A stretch of DNA of 63,445 nucleotides, filler included, from Platydemus manokwari (taxonomy: Eukaryota): NCBI GenBank assembly GCA_037951405.1. It is 5 parts of 5 records of this genome, joined end to end, with 100 filler letters (N's around TTAATTAATTAA, not from the genome) between each part and the next. Parts side by side here need not be neighbours in the genome. Positions count along the whole stretch, not along the records: positions 1 to 10,100 come from JBBMOY011169435.1; positions 10,201 to 33,586 come from JBBMOY010999970.1; 3 more parts are not named here. One strand, 5' to 3'. Made by a program: the position numbers and the translations under genes. Below the pieces are notes generated by a model that saw nothing but the letters and a program-made list of their open reading frames with translations, made no database searches and was not told where the DNA came from. Shown here piece by piece: positions 1-15,051 of this stretch (position 1 is the first letter of the stretch; each line of letters opens with the position of its first letter).

Positions 1-3000
1 TAAGATGAAAAGTAAAATTTGAAAAAATAAAAAAGATATTTTTGGTTTTGTTTTAATTAGATGCTTGTTTAGAGAAAAATAATAATCATTATAAGGAAAA
101 TTTTTAATATGTTTAAGCTTGATTACAAATTCATATTGATTTTTTACTAAAATTTCAAAATTCATCACACTGAGCACTGGGAACTAATATCCAAAACAAG
201 CAAATGAGCCAATCGATTGGATGTATAATAAATATTCTCAGATATCGTTTTGTTTTGGATTGACTTAACAGTCGGTATAAAATATTCGAAAATGTGTCAT
301 TGTTTGTGTTGTTATCTGCACAAGATGAGACAAACATTGATTTGTAGAAATTAATATTGATTGTGTGTGTGTGTGTGCCGAGTGATCTGTTGTCGTCTGG
401 TCTCAGTTCATATAAATCATCATTGTCAGTCGCCATTGAGTAATTCAAAGTGGTTTTTTCTGAGCGACAACATTTCGTTGAAAAAAATTCTCTAATTGTT
501 CTTTCTTCGCATAATTTATTAATGATGGTCGCTATTGGTGTTGGTATTTGTCTCCAATAAATCCAATAAAATCAACAACTTTCTCATTAAAATTCAAAGA
601 AAAAAAAAGCAAAAATCAATTGATAATTTCTGTGAAAAGTATTCAATGATGAGTACAAGATGAATTAATTAATTTTTTCATGAAATCAATACGGAAAATT
701 TAGAATTTTCGTAATAAAAAATACCAATAATAAGTTCAGCATCATTATTTACCATGTGGTGATCGGTAGACAGTGCCGATGCCATCATATTTATTTCCTA
801 ATTTACCATCAACCTGTAAACATATCGAATAATTAAATTCCTAATTGAGCTTTCACCAAATGAATAAAGGCCGAAAGATCCGCACGATGATTATTTGTTG
901 TTTTGTTGCTAGTTTCATTTGATATCTTGTTTCCACTGTTAGAAAACAGCGCTAAGATCAATGGAATTTATTTGTAACAATTGTTTCCCATATAATTACC
1001 CCTTGTATATGATAAATGAGTTTGTTGTTGGTTGGTTGGAAATATTTATGTGTTCCATTTTATCCTTGCTTTTGGAAACTATTGTCATTCACTATCTGTA
1101 AATGGTGTTCAGTGTATGCGAGCAAGAAATCCTTTTCCATTCCCCGCTACTTGTGTGGGAATTGTAAAAAAAATCAATGTTATCCAATCTCACGATGATC
1201 GATAAAAAATCGATATTATTGTAAATAAATTTTCCAACTTAAAAAATTATTATTGATTAATAATAATAATAATAATATTTATAATAATTATTAACAATAT
1301 TTGTATATATATATCAAACTTCTTAAGAAAGTGAAATGTATTTCTGCAAAATATATCGGTTTTCCAAACATTTATGACTTATCGAATTTAATGTGCGTCA
1401 CCTACACATGATGATTTCATTTTAATTCAATGAAGAGTGTCGAATAACATTGATAAATTCAAAAATAGAAATTGCTATCGATTTAAACAAGAAATTTAAT
1501 AATGATCACCTAACTGAAATTGTACGAATTAGAAGTCAGTGTTTAAGTTGTCAAACTGAATATATCATCGGTAATTTGTAATTTTTCCTCAACAATGCCC
1601 GCCCCAATCAGTGGACAAATATCACGATAAGAATGTTGTCCTTAGAGAATCTTCTAAACTCAATTCAAACAAGAGTTGTCCATTGAAAGGCTACCCGTTT
1701 TTTAGGCCTGTTTACTCATCAATATCAAACATCATCTAGAATTAATCCATATTATCGAACACACGTCCTTCTCGCTCGAATTCATCGTCACACACCTGTT
1801 CTCGTTTTACTTCATATAAGAATGCAATTTACATTTATAAAAAAATCGAAAATTCCGATAAATTGCGGAAATCAAAGCAGATACAAAAAACAAAGCAGGC
1901 TTATCCGTTGTATGTCTCTTCATTTGAGATATTTTTCATTGATATATTTTATGTGTACTTGTTCATGGAACCATGCTGAATATTCTATGTGTTTGGTGTG
2001 GATTTATCCTTATTTCTATATCTAATTTTTAGATATCCTATGGAAGAATCGATTTTTTAAAGCAATTTATTATAAAATCGAATGAGAATTAAAAATTGGA
2101 CCAATCTCCATTTTCTTTGCCGGAAATAATGCCAGGCACAGAAATGTGCTAAAATACAAATAAAAGGAAATATAAATATTGATTAGAATTGAATAAAACT
2201 ATTGTTGTGAATCTATTTTGATCTCGGAGATTGATGATAATCTTCAACCATGTCTAGACCGAATTGAAGATCGTTTTTTTGCTTTGAAATTCTTAATATA
2301 ATCAACTATAAGTCGATTTGAGATTCGGAATCACGGTAATGTGTTATCAATCAGTAGAACAATATTTCCATGAAATGGAGCAGTTCAATGTTCAAAACGG
2401 AACATGCAATGATCTGTAACAAATTTTCTTGAGTGTTGAAAAATTTGCTCCTTATCTTTATAGCAATTTCAATAAGTGGAAAACTTTTAATTATAACAAC
2501 AATCTATTTCTCAGCATTTGTCAGCGTTATATTTAGATGATATCGATTAATTTTCCTGATGCATCATATATTTCTAATTATTTCATTTCAGATTTGGCTG
2601 TGCTTCGTCGTCATCGACAAATATCCGAAAAATAAATATATAATTATATATAATTATAATTGTGGTAACATGAAGATAAGCATTCTCAACGATTTTTGAA
2701 ATAGAACAAAACACCAAATAAAAATTGATCTGATCCATTTGACTGTTAATAATTGGTTGTTGTTTTAATGACTGTTGCCATAGATACAACATCAACAAAT
2801 AGAATAACAAAAATCTAATATTATCCACTGACAATGCAATATTTTTAAAAATCACAAACAATCAATATTTTGAAATTGTTCATTTTATATAAATATTTTC
2901 CTTCTGGAAAAATGAGAAAAATTGTTTTTTTCTAAATCATCCTGTGCTATTCAACGTAAATTGATTGCTCGGGTATTTCGTTGAAATAATTTGTCTCTTT

Positions 3001-6000
3001 AGTTGTTGTTTTTGGTTGGTGAGAAAATAATAAATCGACTGTCCGTATAAATATCTGTACACGCATTACAGTGCAATCCGTGAATCAATAGCATTCAATT
3101 GAGCCTCAAATGGGTGCTATATTCATAGAAATATTATATCATTAACGAAATAATTGCTGCCATTGATTTCTGTGATTGACATTGAATATCGATTAATTAT
3201 TTGAGAATGAAAATTTATGAAAACAAAATGATCGATATCTGATTGGTCTAACGAAAGTCTGTTCTTGATAAATTGCATTTTTCCCATCACAAGACAAAAT
3301 AATTTGATTTTTCTTAAAATACGATAATCCATTATCGTCTTGTCAACATGTAAATATTCTTCCTATTGTCGTTATGGTTGTCACTGACAATTTGTCAGTG
3401 GATGTTGCTATATAATCCATGAATCATCGAAAATTTTCGTTGGAAGATATGACGGAAAATACTCAAAACTTATAGATTTTCAGTTTAATTTTTAATTTTT
3501 TAATAAAAATTGATAAATATTTCGATCGAATAATAATCAATGAATTTCCCATTTTAACGAATTTGAATTGTACATAACTAGTAGTTTTTTCGTTTAATAT
3601 CACTGAGATATAAATGTGATGTGATTTGATTGGATAGAATAAATGTTTGCCATGTACAAAAATAAATCGAAAGTTCCTTCTCGACTAATTATGCTGGCTG
3701 ATAAGAAACCACTTCTAGCTATAGATAAATCTAAGATGACTCATTGATTTTACTTAGTTGCTAAATGTGTTAAATCAATTTCGTATTGATTTTTTAATCT
3801 TAAATTCAGTTGGTGTCTCTTTCTAATGTAATAATAGGATTAAAATGATTGCATCCTATTCAACTCTATTTTGGACGAGTTAACACATGCTGTCTGGATA
3901 ATTATTCGTGTGTGGGTTTGAATTTGCATTTGATTTTTCAGGAGAATGAAATGGTGGGGTTTAAAAGTAAATAACATTTCAATTGATTTGATTGCTGCTC
4001 TCTTCATTCCATGTTTCATTAGGTGATTTGTAAACATAAATTTATCTGTGAGTGACCTAGATGATGATAATCAATAAACAACCATAAATAATAAATAAAA
4101 AACAATAAATATGAACATTTGATATCAATATAAAATTATATCAAATAATTCATTTGATTTGTTGTTGTGAATAAGTCTAGTGGGTCATAATAATATTGGT
4201 ATATCTTTTAATCTGAACTTTATGGGAATCATTTAAGAAAATAACAGCAAGAAATAATATGAAGAATATTTTATACTCCTCAAGATGACTAATATTTTTT
4301 GTTATAATCAATACCGTTTGATTTATTACAAAAACAAAAACAATCGATAATATATCTATAAAGGTAACAATCGATATATAAAACTAAATCTCACACAAAT
4401 AAGAAGACAACTACTGTGTAAACGAAGTACAGCAGAAATATAATAATGTTGAGGTTTATGAATCTCAATGAACAATTGATGATCAGTGGACCTGACAATG
4501 TTTTCTAACTTCTCGATCAATACAAAAATATGACTTTAAATCCATTTAAGTTATTTAATTTTCCATTTTGAATTTGAACCCGAGCTTTATTTATTTTGTC
4601 AATTATCTGTGCTGCCATGGTTGCACTATCATTGATTTCGCTAAAATTCCATATGATTCTGTGAATATTCGAAAGAATTCAGCTGAAAGTCTAGCAATAC
4701 AAAAATAGATTATTATTTGACAAAGTAGGAATCAATGCCATTGTGTATCCAAGCAACACAAACAAATAAATTGTTATTTCGATACATGACAATTTTAAAT
4801 CGAAGAAATTATGGTTTAGCGAAAAACAAAATTATTTGAGAAACAAATATATCAGTGATTTATGTCTTTCTTGATTGGTGGTTTGAACTGGTTTTTGGAC
4901 GAAAAAGGCTTGATTTAGAAAGGGCTTACCGCATCGAAGAAAATAATCAGAGAAGAAATATTTAGCTGAATCAAATAATCTCACAACACAGGGAAACAAT
5001 TGTCAATCTTGTTTATTATTTATTTTATTTTTTCACATCAAATAAAATCAATATGTATGCTCTATTTTGATAAAATCAATTTCAAAATAAATTACCAAAA
5101 ATCGATGAATTTCCTGAACGATTTCAAATTATCAAACCAGTTCAGTTCTTTGGCCTTTAAATTTTTAAAATATGGAGAATAAAAATGTTATCGATTTTGT
5201 AAAGAAGTGCTCAAAAATCATCAGTCAATAAATAGTGAATGATCAATGGCTAACATAACCTTGTGTGTATCCTATGATTAAATCTCGCATCAAGAGGGCA
5301 ACATGGTTTTTTTGAATAAAACAATCCATATTATGTCAATGGGAATTTCAATAACTCATTCTTCAATGAAAGTTTTGTTGTGATTTAAAGCAATTTTTAT
5401 TGGATTTTTATTTTACTAAAAAAAATCGTTTAAGAATTATTTTAATAAAATGTTTTCAATAAAAAATTAAACAAGCATATAAAACAATTTTTCGATAAAA
5501 TCAATACACAATATTCATTGAGGTTTAAAGTTGAGTCGGCTTGTCGAATCATGTGATATTGATTGAAATTTTTATCAATTTTCCAAAAAAAAGTAGAGAA
5601 ACAAAACAATTAATTTTTCTTGATAATTTTGAAAAGAAAACTTTCGGAATAACAGGAAAACTTATTTCGGTGATTTTCTGTTTGATTTGGTGATTATTTC
5701 TATTTGGATTACTTTGTCATTGATTTCTGAATTAGAATTGACAATCTCTGAATTTTAGGTACTTTTTAATCCCATTAGTGCTTGACAATTATCCACTGTT
5801 AGCCTTTTTTCTTTGTTTATTTAATATTGATCTTTTGATTTTCTTTAATTTATGGAATTTTTTATTTTTTTGAAATTATTCATGTTATTCGTAATAACAA
5901 AAGTATATCTGGGATCAAGCTCTTAATAACGATATTTGAATACTGAGAGATTGGTTTCGTGGCCTCACGCATTGATTAGTGCAAATAGAACATTAAATAC

Positions 6001-6129
6001 ATCAATGAAATCCCATCTCAATCCATTACAAAAATCCACACAATGCAAAAGTTTTAAATTCTTATCTCTCTAAACACGAAATTTTTGCTCTTTATTTTGC
6101 CTATTTTGTTATTATTTTCTCTTTTGTAG

Positions 6130-9074
6130 CTCACAGGAAAATTTGAGCAAATTTGAAGGACGGCCACCAAATCGATCGTCGAGAGGCAAAAAACGTCAAG
6201 TCGGGAATCCAGGGAATCATTTCAGTCTTCGTTCAAATAACGTTCGTCATAGTAGTCGGTTAAATGAATCGATAAATTCATCTAATACAGATGGAACGAT
6301 GAAGAAATTGTCCACTCGACAAACCAATAATTTAATTAACTATTTTGATTCTACCAACCAATCCGCTACAGCAAGTGGTAGCGGTGATTCAGACACCGAC
6401 AAAAATTCATACTCGAAATTTTCCACTAGTAGCAAGACCAGATCAGTGACGAGATCAATTACCAAACTGAACAAGGCAGCGCTCGGCGAGGCGAACTCGA
6501 CTCCGGCAGAGGATCACAGTAATGCTTTAGTGAAATGTACGAAGACGAATTGTTTCAAACGGTTTGTTGATATGACAGCCTATCAGTATCATGTCCAACG
6601 ATCTCACGATATATCTGGGAAAACAAATACATCTCCTGACAAACCAGAGATTTCTAACAATGATCATGATTTCAATGACAAAATTAGCTCCATCAAAACA
6701 GAACCCATTATCCGAGACATAGAAGCTGTTGATAACTGTAATGGATTGTTGCATACTCAAGACAATTCTGCCTTCAAGACAACATCTAATTGTAAATTAA
6801 ATGGCGTTGTAATCAAGGAAATCAATAATAAAATTGATAGTTTCGAATTTAATTCGGATTCCGAAACTGAAAAAAATATATATTCTCAATCAATCTACAA
6901 CTTCTGTGACAGTGTGAATGAAACGAAACCCTGTGAAAGTACCAATTCCAATCAGTCGATTGATGTCAAAAGCTTTATCAAAGGTGAAAGTACCTCTCCT
7001 CAATTCCAAGAGCTTTCAATAAACTTGCCAAAAGTTACGGACAACGTCCCAACGAATTCAGACATTTTCCAGCCTACAATAACAAGCTCAACGAGGGAAA
7101 CAAACTGCTCATGTAATAATGACGATAAAATTGCCAGCTCTCCAAGAGAATTGTCTCCGAGCACTTTAAATAAATCTCTTTCTGCCACCCTTAAAAGCGT
7201 TTCCCATATCCTATCTGAACAATCGTCTACAACAATTATGATATCACAATCAACCAGCAGCATTCGTACCGTAACCGCCCCAACAGTATCAATCCCTGTT
7301 GAATTGGTCAGCACTCCAAATAATCTCACAAACTCCACAATATCTTGTCCAACAATTATTAAACCAAAGCCCAATCAAAACCCAATAGCTTCTTTGATTC
7401 ATTCTTCTCCGAATAGAAAATTTAAATCATCCAAATCTTTTTCTCAATCGAATGGATCGATGGAACCTTTTCAAATTCCTTCTTCCTCTCCAATAATTCA
7501 GAAGAAGCGGCCTTTAGTACCCTTGAAAGTAGCAGTAAATCAAAGTTCAAATACCAATGTTAACAGAATGTATCCTGTTTCTTCCCAAATCAATGTCACA
7601 TCACCTAATCAGACTTCACGTCACATCAGATCTTCAAGCATATCCCCAGTTACACCAATACTGCCTGCAACTTCCACTACCAACAGTAGTTCAACTGCTA
7701 TTACTAGCACACCTACTACAACGGGACCTTCGACAAATATATCCTTAGGTAATATGTTCCATAACGGTCAACTAGCAGTCCGAAGACCATCAGTTTCTTC
7801 AAATCTCAGCAGTGGTGGTTCAGGATTGCCGACACTAGTCAATTTAAAGCCTATCCAACCCAAACCGAAAACATCTCAATTTTCAGCACCTCTTACTACT
7901 GGTCATTCAGCACTTAGTAGTTCTGCTTATCCAGTCTCTCAATCAATAATAGCTCCAACCATATCGGGATTGTCTAGCATCCATGTATCCCATCAACGCC
8001 AGATACTACCAAGCCCAGTATCAAAATCGGATTGCTGTGTTAGCGTCGATGAAAGTTTGATTCACAAAATAGAAAGTCTAAAAACAAGTTCCTTAAAAAG
8101 AAAACGCAGAAAGCCAGAAAAAAAAATCAGATTAAATTTTCATGAATCAAATCGTTACAAGAAATTTGGACTCAATCCTATTCAGCCTAAACACGTCTCA
8201 AATGATCATTTTCCAAGTAAAATCAATGTCAATGAAGACTTTTGTTTGACCGGCGACAAATACAAAACCGACGAAGAGAACAGTCACAGTCCAGGCTATT
8301 CGGATCTTTCTGAAACGAACGATACACCAGCTCCAATATTAGAAAAGGAAATCGATCTAAAATCTATTGAATGTGATAAATTAGTGATTTGCACCGATTA
8401 TGACAGTATTTCTGTGTATCGCCACAACAGTTCTTCTTCAGACAATTACGATGATCCTAAAGATCTTTCTAACAAACCCCCAGCTTTAATGCCAGCAGTT
8501 CTAAGCTCAGATCTGGTAAACGGATCTACCAATGAATCAGACTACCGTGATGCTAAACCCAGAGTATCCCGAAAAAAGACTCTGACGAATAAAAAAACAC
8601 AAAAATTTAAAGACATCACAAAACGAAAAGGGAACATGGACAATCCGACTGCAACCGATTGGGTCAATATTTCCTCTCCTCGATCCAACAGTTTGACGAC
8701 ATCCAATTCTAAGTCTTTCCAATCTTCTTCGGCTGTTAAGAAAACACTTTCATCTTCAACCTCGTTGTCATCACAACCATCGATCTTATCTCTTCCTGTA
8801 CGAGATTATCCCAACACCGATCAAAATACGAAATTTGTTTCCTCCAACCGAACTTCGACCACAAGTGCCATTAATGAGTATGTTCGAACCAACAAACTTA
8901 ACGACAAAGATAGTGAAAGAAATACATTCAATAACAATAATAACACTAGTAACAATAAATCATTGGAGTCCACATTACAAGCTATTCACGGATTCAATGA
9001 GGATAGTGGGAAAGGTCGTATCAAATCAACAACCTCTTCTCCAATCAACAACAATGGGAAATTCAGTGTGCAAG
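6130..9074 (+). CDS. ZNF608: Large internal coding exon of a ZNF608/ZNF609/Brakeless(scribbler)-like nuclear co-repressor
   Basis: Uninterrupted ~980-codon frame (ORF 6143-9196) bounded by a polypyrimidine/tag acceptor (~6129) and a caag|gtatgt donor at 9074/9075. Basic patch RSSRGKKR, a single C2H2 finger (CTKTNCFKRFVDMTAYQYHVQRSH), long Ser/Thr/Pro-rich low complexity, LKPIQPKP motifs and SPGYSDLSE, resembling the conserved SPAYSDIS motif of the family. Flanking exons not identified. Confidence 0.75.
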
Positions 9075-9583
9075 GTATGTTGTTTTGCGAATTTTGTCCA
9101 TTGAAAAATTTGATCCAAACTATTACTGTCATTCGAATTTTTAAATCTCTCATTGAATATAGTTTTGCAACAAATAATAAGGCTTTAATTTATTAAGAAC
9201 TGTATCTGTGATCTGTCATTATTTCTGATCAATATGTGTTTGAATAACTAGCCATGTATAAAATGTAAAAACAAGTCGAAAATAATTCTTGACCACTAAT
9301 AGCGATTACTCATTAAAAATATATTTAAATCGATGAGTAAAAGTTTTAATAATAATATTATAATAATAATTATTATTATTATATTCATGATAATAATTCC
9401 AATAAAAATAATGTATACAATATTCAAGATAATAATAATAATAATGATAATATTAATTATAATAATCATATTGATGGCAATAATAATAGTAAAAATGTAT
9501 GTTAATTCCATCATAAAAATTTATTAAAATTTGAAAAAGCACGTTGTTCAGAATATTTAAACAAATTGATTTTCCAATATTAT

Positions 9584-9829
9584 CTAGCTTCCTTTTCCCG
9601 TTGTTTTTGAGATCTTTTTCAGCCACTCAATTCTTCGAAGTTTTGTCTGTTCCTGGAAATCAAGAAACACTTGATGTGGGCTGAAAAATTTCAAAATTCG
9701 GTGAGGACCTTCATAACGATCTCCGTTCTTCTTTATCATATGTGCTTCTTTCTTCACTAAAACTTCTTTAACCGCTAAAATTCGACAACCTCTTTTTTTA
9801 GCATTAAATTTACTTAACTTTGTAACCAC
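9584..9829 (-). mobile_element. Gypsy-type LTR retrotransposon integrase C-terminal remnant
   Basis: ORF contains EVLVKK...RYEGPHRILKFFSPHQVFL...RRIEWLKK, matching the GPY/F module at the end of Ty3/gypsy integrases; no upstream core retained. Confidence 0.55.
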
Positions 9830-10100
9830 CGATTTTAGCTTGTTCTTTGTTCACTTGATGATCTGGTAGTGGTGGCTTGGTTCATTTAATCATAAGTTAA
9901 GCATATTAATTTGTCGTCCAAACACTATTTGAAAATGAGAATGTCGAATTGAACTTTGACATGTGGCATTGCTGATACTGTTGTGAATAATATATAAGCT
10001 AATCAAAAAATTTAAGTTATGATGGATTTCTCTGAGACATCATATTACTCGATTATAAATTTTTTTAATAATATTAATAATAATTATTATTATATCCATG

Positions 10101-10200
10101 NNNNNNNNNNNNNNNNNNNNNNNNNNNNNNNNNNNNNNNNNNNNTTAATTAATTAANNNNNNNNNNNNNNNNNNNNNNNNNNNNNNNNNNNNNNNNNNNN
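10101..10200. other. Assembly gap with artificial TTAATTAATTAA spacer
   Basis: N-run with central TTAATTAATTAA (stops in all six frames); identical structure at 33587-33686, 45597-45696 and 54573-54672. Confidence 0.95.
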
Positions 10201-13086
10201 TAAGAAATTTGAATATACCACTAAATATCTATCAAATAAAACATTAAAACAAAGTATATGTTAAGTAGTTTTTAAAAAATTTTGATTTAAAGTTCAATAT
10301 ATAAAAATCGGACATTTCATATGGGACAACCTAATACAATTAACAATTTTAAATTTTGAAAATAGGTCAAAGGACCCCTTTGTTTAACTTAGCCGAAATT
10401 TTTTAAAGATAATTAATAAAAATTATCAGTGTATTGCAAAAATGTATATTGTTCAAACAGTTACTTAAAAAATTGTTTTAATTTATTTTTAATTTCTGAA
10501 GAATAAATGCTTTTGAATAATGGAATAATTAAGCATAAAATTATATTTATAATTATTTGTTTTATTTGCTTATTGATAATATTTTTTATGAAATTTTTTT
10601 TCTATTCAGTACCTATACAAAAACATCTTAGCTCAATCCATATTATTCGTATAGATAAAATATTATTAAAATCCAATTTTATAATCCAATTTATAATATT
10701 ATCTCAATAAATTCAAAATGGTTTAGTATTATTGGTTGTTTTTTTTTATTCTTATGGAATTTGGTGATGTTTGTGACTCAATTTAACTGCAACTGCTTGC
10801 CGATAACTTGGATTGATAATTTTATTTATTCTGCTACAACCTGAGATACAAATGAAACAATTCTATCAATACCCGACTCTTGGCAGTGCCGAAGAGTAGG
10901 TTGCTTATTGCTATAGGTATTTATATAATAAATAATATTATGAAGTCGAATGATTATTAAATATTTAAAATGAATACACATCAATTATGTTTAATGTTAT
11001 AAGTTTTGGAGTTGCAGTTTCAGTGCCCTAAAGTAGTTAACAATCATTTTTGGCAACTAATGTAACCCAACTCTTGAGAGAAAAGAAGATCAGAAGTGAT
11101 TTTAGAAAATCTCCAAAGATTCGTCAAACGAATGGATAAATTTCTCCTTTAAAGCATTATTATAAAATAAAATGAATACATTTTTCTTATATCGGCTGTT
11201 GTGTCGTAATTGGTAATTCAAAGATAATTGGATTTTATAATCAAAATAAAGTTTCTTTATCGTTTAATTTTTGTGCGAATTTATGATATTAGTTAATTAC
11301 TTTAATAATGTTTTGTGCTTATTTTATTTAAGTGTAATTGGTTTGACAGGTTTATGGACTGGTTTTGTTTATTTGCTGTGTATTTATTATTTTATAATAT
11401 CGTTACAGTTACATTCCTGGTTACCGTGGTAACCAATTGGTTGTCATGGTTGTGTGCCTATTTTTATATTTCAATATTTATGCTTTGATATGAAATGCTT
11501 ATGAAATATTATTTATTTTCTTGTTAATTTATTATTATAAATTATTATCAAAATCATTACAAATTTATTATAACTATCCATCATGTCTTTAGATTTTCTT
11601 TCATGAATTCATTTAAACCACTGTTAATATAATTGTAATTAAAATTACTGTCAAACAATCTAACCAATTTGATTATTTTTTATTCAGCTCATTAAAACTA
11701 TTTCATTTATTCGCTTTCCATTTAGATTCGATAGAAAGTCGTTTTGGCTTAACTAAAGTGTTTCAAAAATCGTTTAAATAATTTTTCTTATTTTTCATTT
11801 AGTTCGATACCATTATTTATGTTTATTTTCATTTAATTTGCTGAATTTAATTTCCATTTTACTTATATTTTCATTCTTAATTTACTCATATTTTTGTATT
11901 TATATTAATATATCCCAGGTTCTTGAATATTCTTAACGTATCTTAACTTATTCTATATCATAGTTCTACATATTCTATATCATTCGTATGAGCTAGAATT
12001 ATTGAACAAACCTTATTAAAACATGATTTAATTTTTCTAATGTATAAATTTAACATCGATTTTAATGGGATTGATGGTTTGATCGATTTGGTTCTGATTG
12101 ATAAAGATATTTATCTATACTACATTATCGCAGATATTTATTTATAATACCTATTTATTATAATAATAGATCTAGAAAGTCGGGTAATCGGTTGCTTAAT
12201 TTTAACTACTTTAAAACTAAATATTTTATCATTCAGTAGTTGACTGTAAGTGGCGATGTAATTATTTGCTGTGATAAAGTGCGCTTTTAGTTAGATTTTC
12301 CAAATCATTTAATCCTGTTTGAATAGATATTTTTTGTGATTTCAAATGGCTTTTTATATTTCATAAATATTGCAGCATTTCATTATTATTTTTTTAAATT
12401 ATCAAAATGTTTGATTGACTTCAGTCGTTTAAAATGACTAATTTCATCAATTCGAATGGCAGATATAAACATCAACTATTGAAAGACTATACACCAAATC
12501 AATTTAAAATCAAAAAATTAATTATGAAAATGTCTGTTTAAAAAAGCAGACAAATTGATTGAATAATGGATTTAATTATGAAGTATTTTGAAAACATTTT
12601 CTTCATTAAATTCAAGATTGTTATGGTTTACTCAAGAATAACGATTTATTGAAAAAGGAAATTTCAATTGCATACTAAAAATGGGAAGTAACACTTTACA
12701 TTAAATAATGGAAATTAAAGAAAGATTTTTTCTGAATTTCAAAATTGATATATTAATTCTTTGCAATCTAACGTTTTTTACAACCAAAAAACATTGAAAT
12801 TATTTTGAAATGTAATTGATATGAAAGAAAACAAATAAAAATATTCAGGTTAACAGCCTTTTGTTATTGCATTGTATATTTATTTGGTAAAGTATTCATT
12901 TTATAAAATTATTATATTTGAATGAGTTTAATTAAAACAATAATTAAAATAGATTTTAAATAACAAAATTTTATTCTGATACCTAAGACTTTATTTATTG
13001 AAAATTATTGTACTGATTATAAATATTTAAGAAACACAAATGATATGCAACATACAGAACTGAATTTATATGTTTATGCTCTAAGC

Positions 13087-13408
13087 CAGTGGACTTCACA
13101 CTTTTTGTGTTGCAACCTACTTTACGAGTCCAAATTTTTTCGCGATCCCTAGGGACTAAAATAAAAATAATAATAATAAAGTAAAGAAATTTTAATTAAA
13201 AGAATTTTTAACACCGAAAAATTAAAATATGTTTAATAATAACACCGATTTTGCATATTTTGGCATAAAACATCAAATCTTGGCTCTATTTCGGTGATGG
13301 CTGGTCTCAGTACTAATTCCAGATCTTTAAAATTCGATCGATATTTTGTATTAATATAAGTCAGTGTGGAAAATGAACTTTCTCGCTACCCTTTTTTGAA
13401 GAACACTG
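13087..13408. mobile_element. hAT-type non-autonomous element (MITE, ~320 bp)
   Basis: Imperfect TIRs CAGTGGACTTCACAC / reverse complement CAGTGTTCTTCAAAA; flanking 8-mers CTCTAAGC and TTCTGAGC (6/8 match) consistent with a decayed 8-bp hAT target-site duplication. Confidence 0.6.
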
Positions 13409-15051
13409 TTCTGAGCTATTATAACATTGAGGCTTCTTCATCAAATGATACATAAATCTTTATTTACACATTTTCTCATACATAACAAAGTCTTTATTAA
13501 ATCTTTTAAATTTATTTCTTTCAATAAAAATTAGATGAAATCCAATATAAAAACATTCGAAACATAAATATAGAAATTAATTAAAACTAAAAGTGTCATT
13601 TAGACGCTTTTAATTTCATATAATTTTAAAATAGTATTATCAAAGAATAAATTATGAAGAGTATCATTTTACGATAAAGAGGATTTCAAAAATGAATTGA
13701 GCCATTTTTATGCAGACAGAATAGTCGATCATGTTTTGAAAATAGTAAATCTCCTGAGTACAATATTGTCTTTGATTATCAAATATATATTTCAGGGAAT
13801 ATAAATTATTACAATAATCGATGTTTCTGATTAATTTCTGATACTAACACATACACAAAAATATATTTAACATCATTGGTTGTCAGAGTTCCACTATATT
13901 GCATTTCTAGATCTTCTATAAACCTTTCACTGGATTAACTTTTTATAAATGGTAAATTTATTGATTCATTATTGTTAGACTCGATTTCTAAAGTATTTTC
14001 TTCTCTTATCTGAGAGACAACGTCATTTGTTTTATTTTTAAGGATTTTTCTTATATTTTAGTTGTTTCTTGTTTCTTAGATTTCTTCACTTTTATTTATG
14101 TTTTTCCTTGTTCCTCAACATTTGGTAAATGATCGACTAACACCCGATCTGATCCATACTTGGATTATAATTAGTATATCATAATTACTTTCGTTTCCAT
14201 CTTTTTTCTTCGCTGACTTATATTTTGTCTTCCTTAATGAAGTCATTCAATCTTATCCTATCAAATTTTGTCTTAAATTGTTTAAAATTTTAATTTTTAT
14301 TTAACGATGAAATGTCCAGAAATCTTTTGATGAATGACATAAAATGGGTTTTTTCCTCGAATAACCTCATTTACAACCATTTCATTAGTGCATTTTCAAT
14401 TGACAAGAATGTTCAGAAATTCTATAAAAATCCTCAATCTCAGTTTCGCAGTTCCTCGAAAATTTGTGCTAAAATCTATAAGAATAGGAAATAATAACAA
14501 ACAATAACACAACCCGTCTTCTGGTGAATTTTCTCTGATCTAAAAATTAAATGTAAATGATTAATTCTATAATCTATAGATGATTTTTAACGCATGGGTT
14601 TCCCCATGGCAAGGTGATCTTTGCAATCACGACAGATGCACTACTATACTGTCTCTCAAACACACCTGACTGGTACCCTTTTTACGTATGTGTAAGTCGT
14701 CATTTTGTGTGTTACTGCGTGTTAAACATATTTACGGGGTTGTTTATTGGATGCCTAGCCTCAAATCCTATGTGTGATCAATATAATTATTAATTTGTCT
14801 CTGTTGTTGCAGTGAATGGCTAGTGATTGTTTCCAAAAAAACTAAGTGATAAATATTTTAGTTAATTTACTATATCAATTCAGTATGAAATGGTTTGGAA
14901 CTAATCTTTATGGGTGAGTGCTATTTTATTGTATCAATTAAACCCTTGACTGATTAGATAAAGTAATCTGAAAATATCATCATGAATTACTGATCTTTAA
15001 GGGCATCAACTTTATTTATTTTTTACCTTTAAATTCAATAGAATTGCCAAT

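Noticed and set aside
1-6100. Short ORFs in the first 6 kb
   Set aside because: No recognisable domains or consistent splice structure; likely intron or upstream region of the ZNF608-like gene.
6527-9104. Antisense and alternative-frame ORFs within the ZNF608-like exon
   Set aside because: Shadow ORFs of a long coding exon; no motifs.
9296-9527. Poly-Ile hydrophobic ORFs on both strands
   Set aside because: Translation of a degenerate (AAT/ATT)n microsatellite.
10145-10156. Palindromic TTAATTAATTAA inside four N gaps
   Set aside because: Identical position within 100-nt N runs; scaffolding spacer, not biology.
14590-14790. GC-richer patch that might be an ncRNA
   Set aside because: No recognisable tRNA, snRNA or SL RNA motifs by eye.
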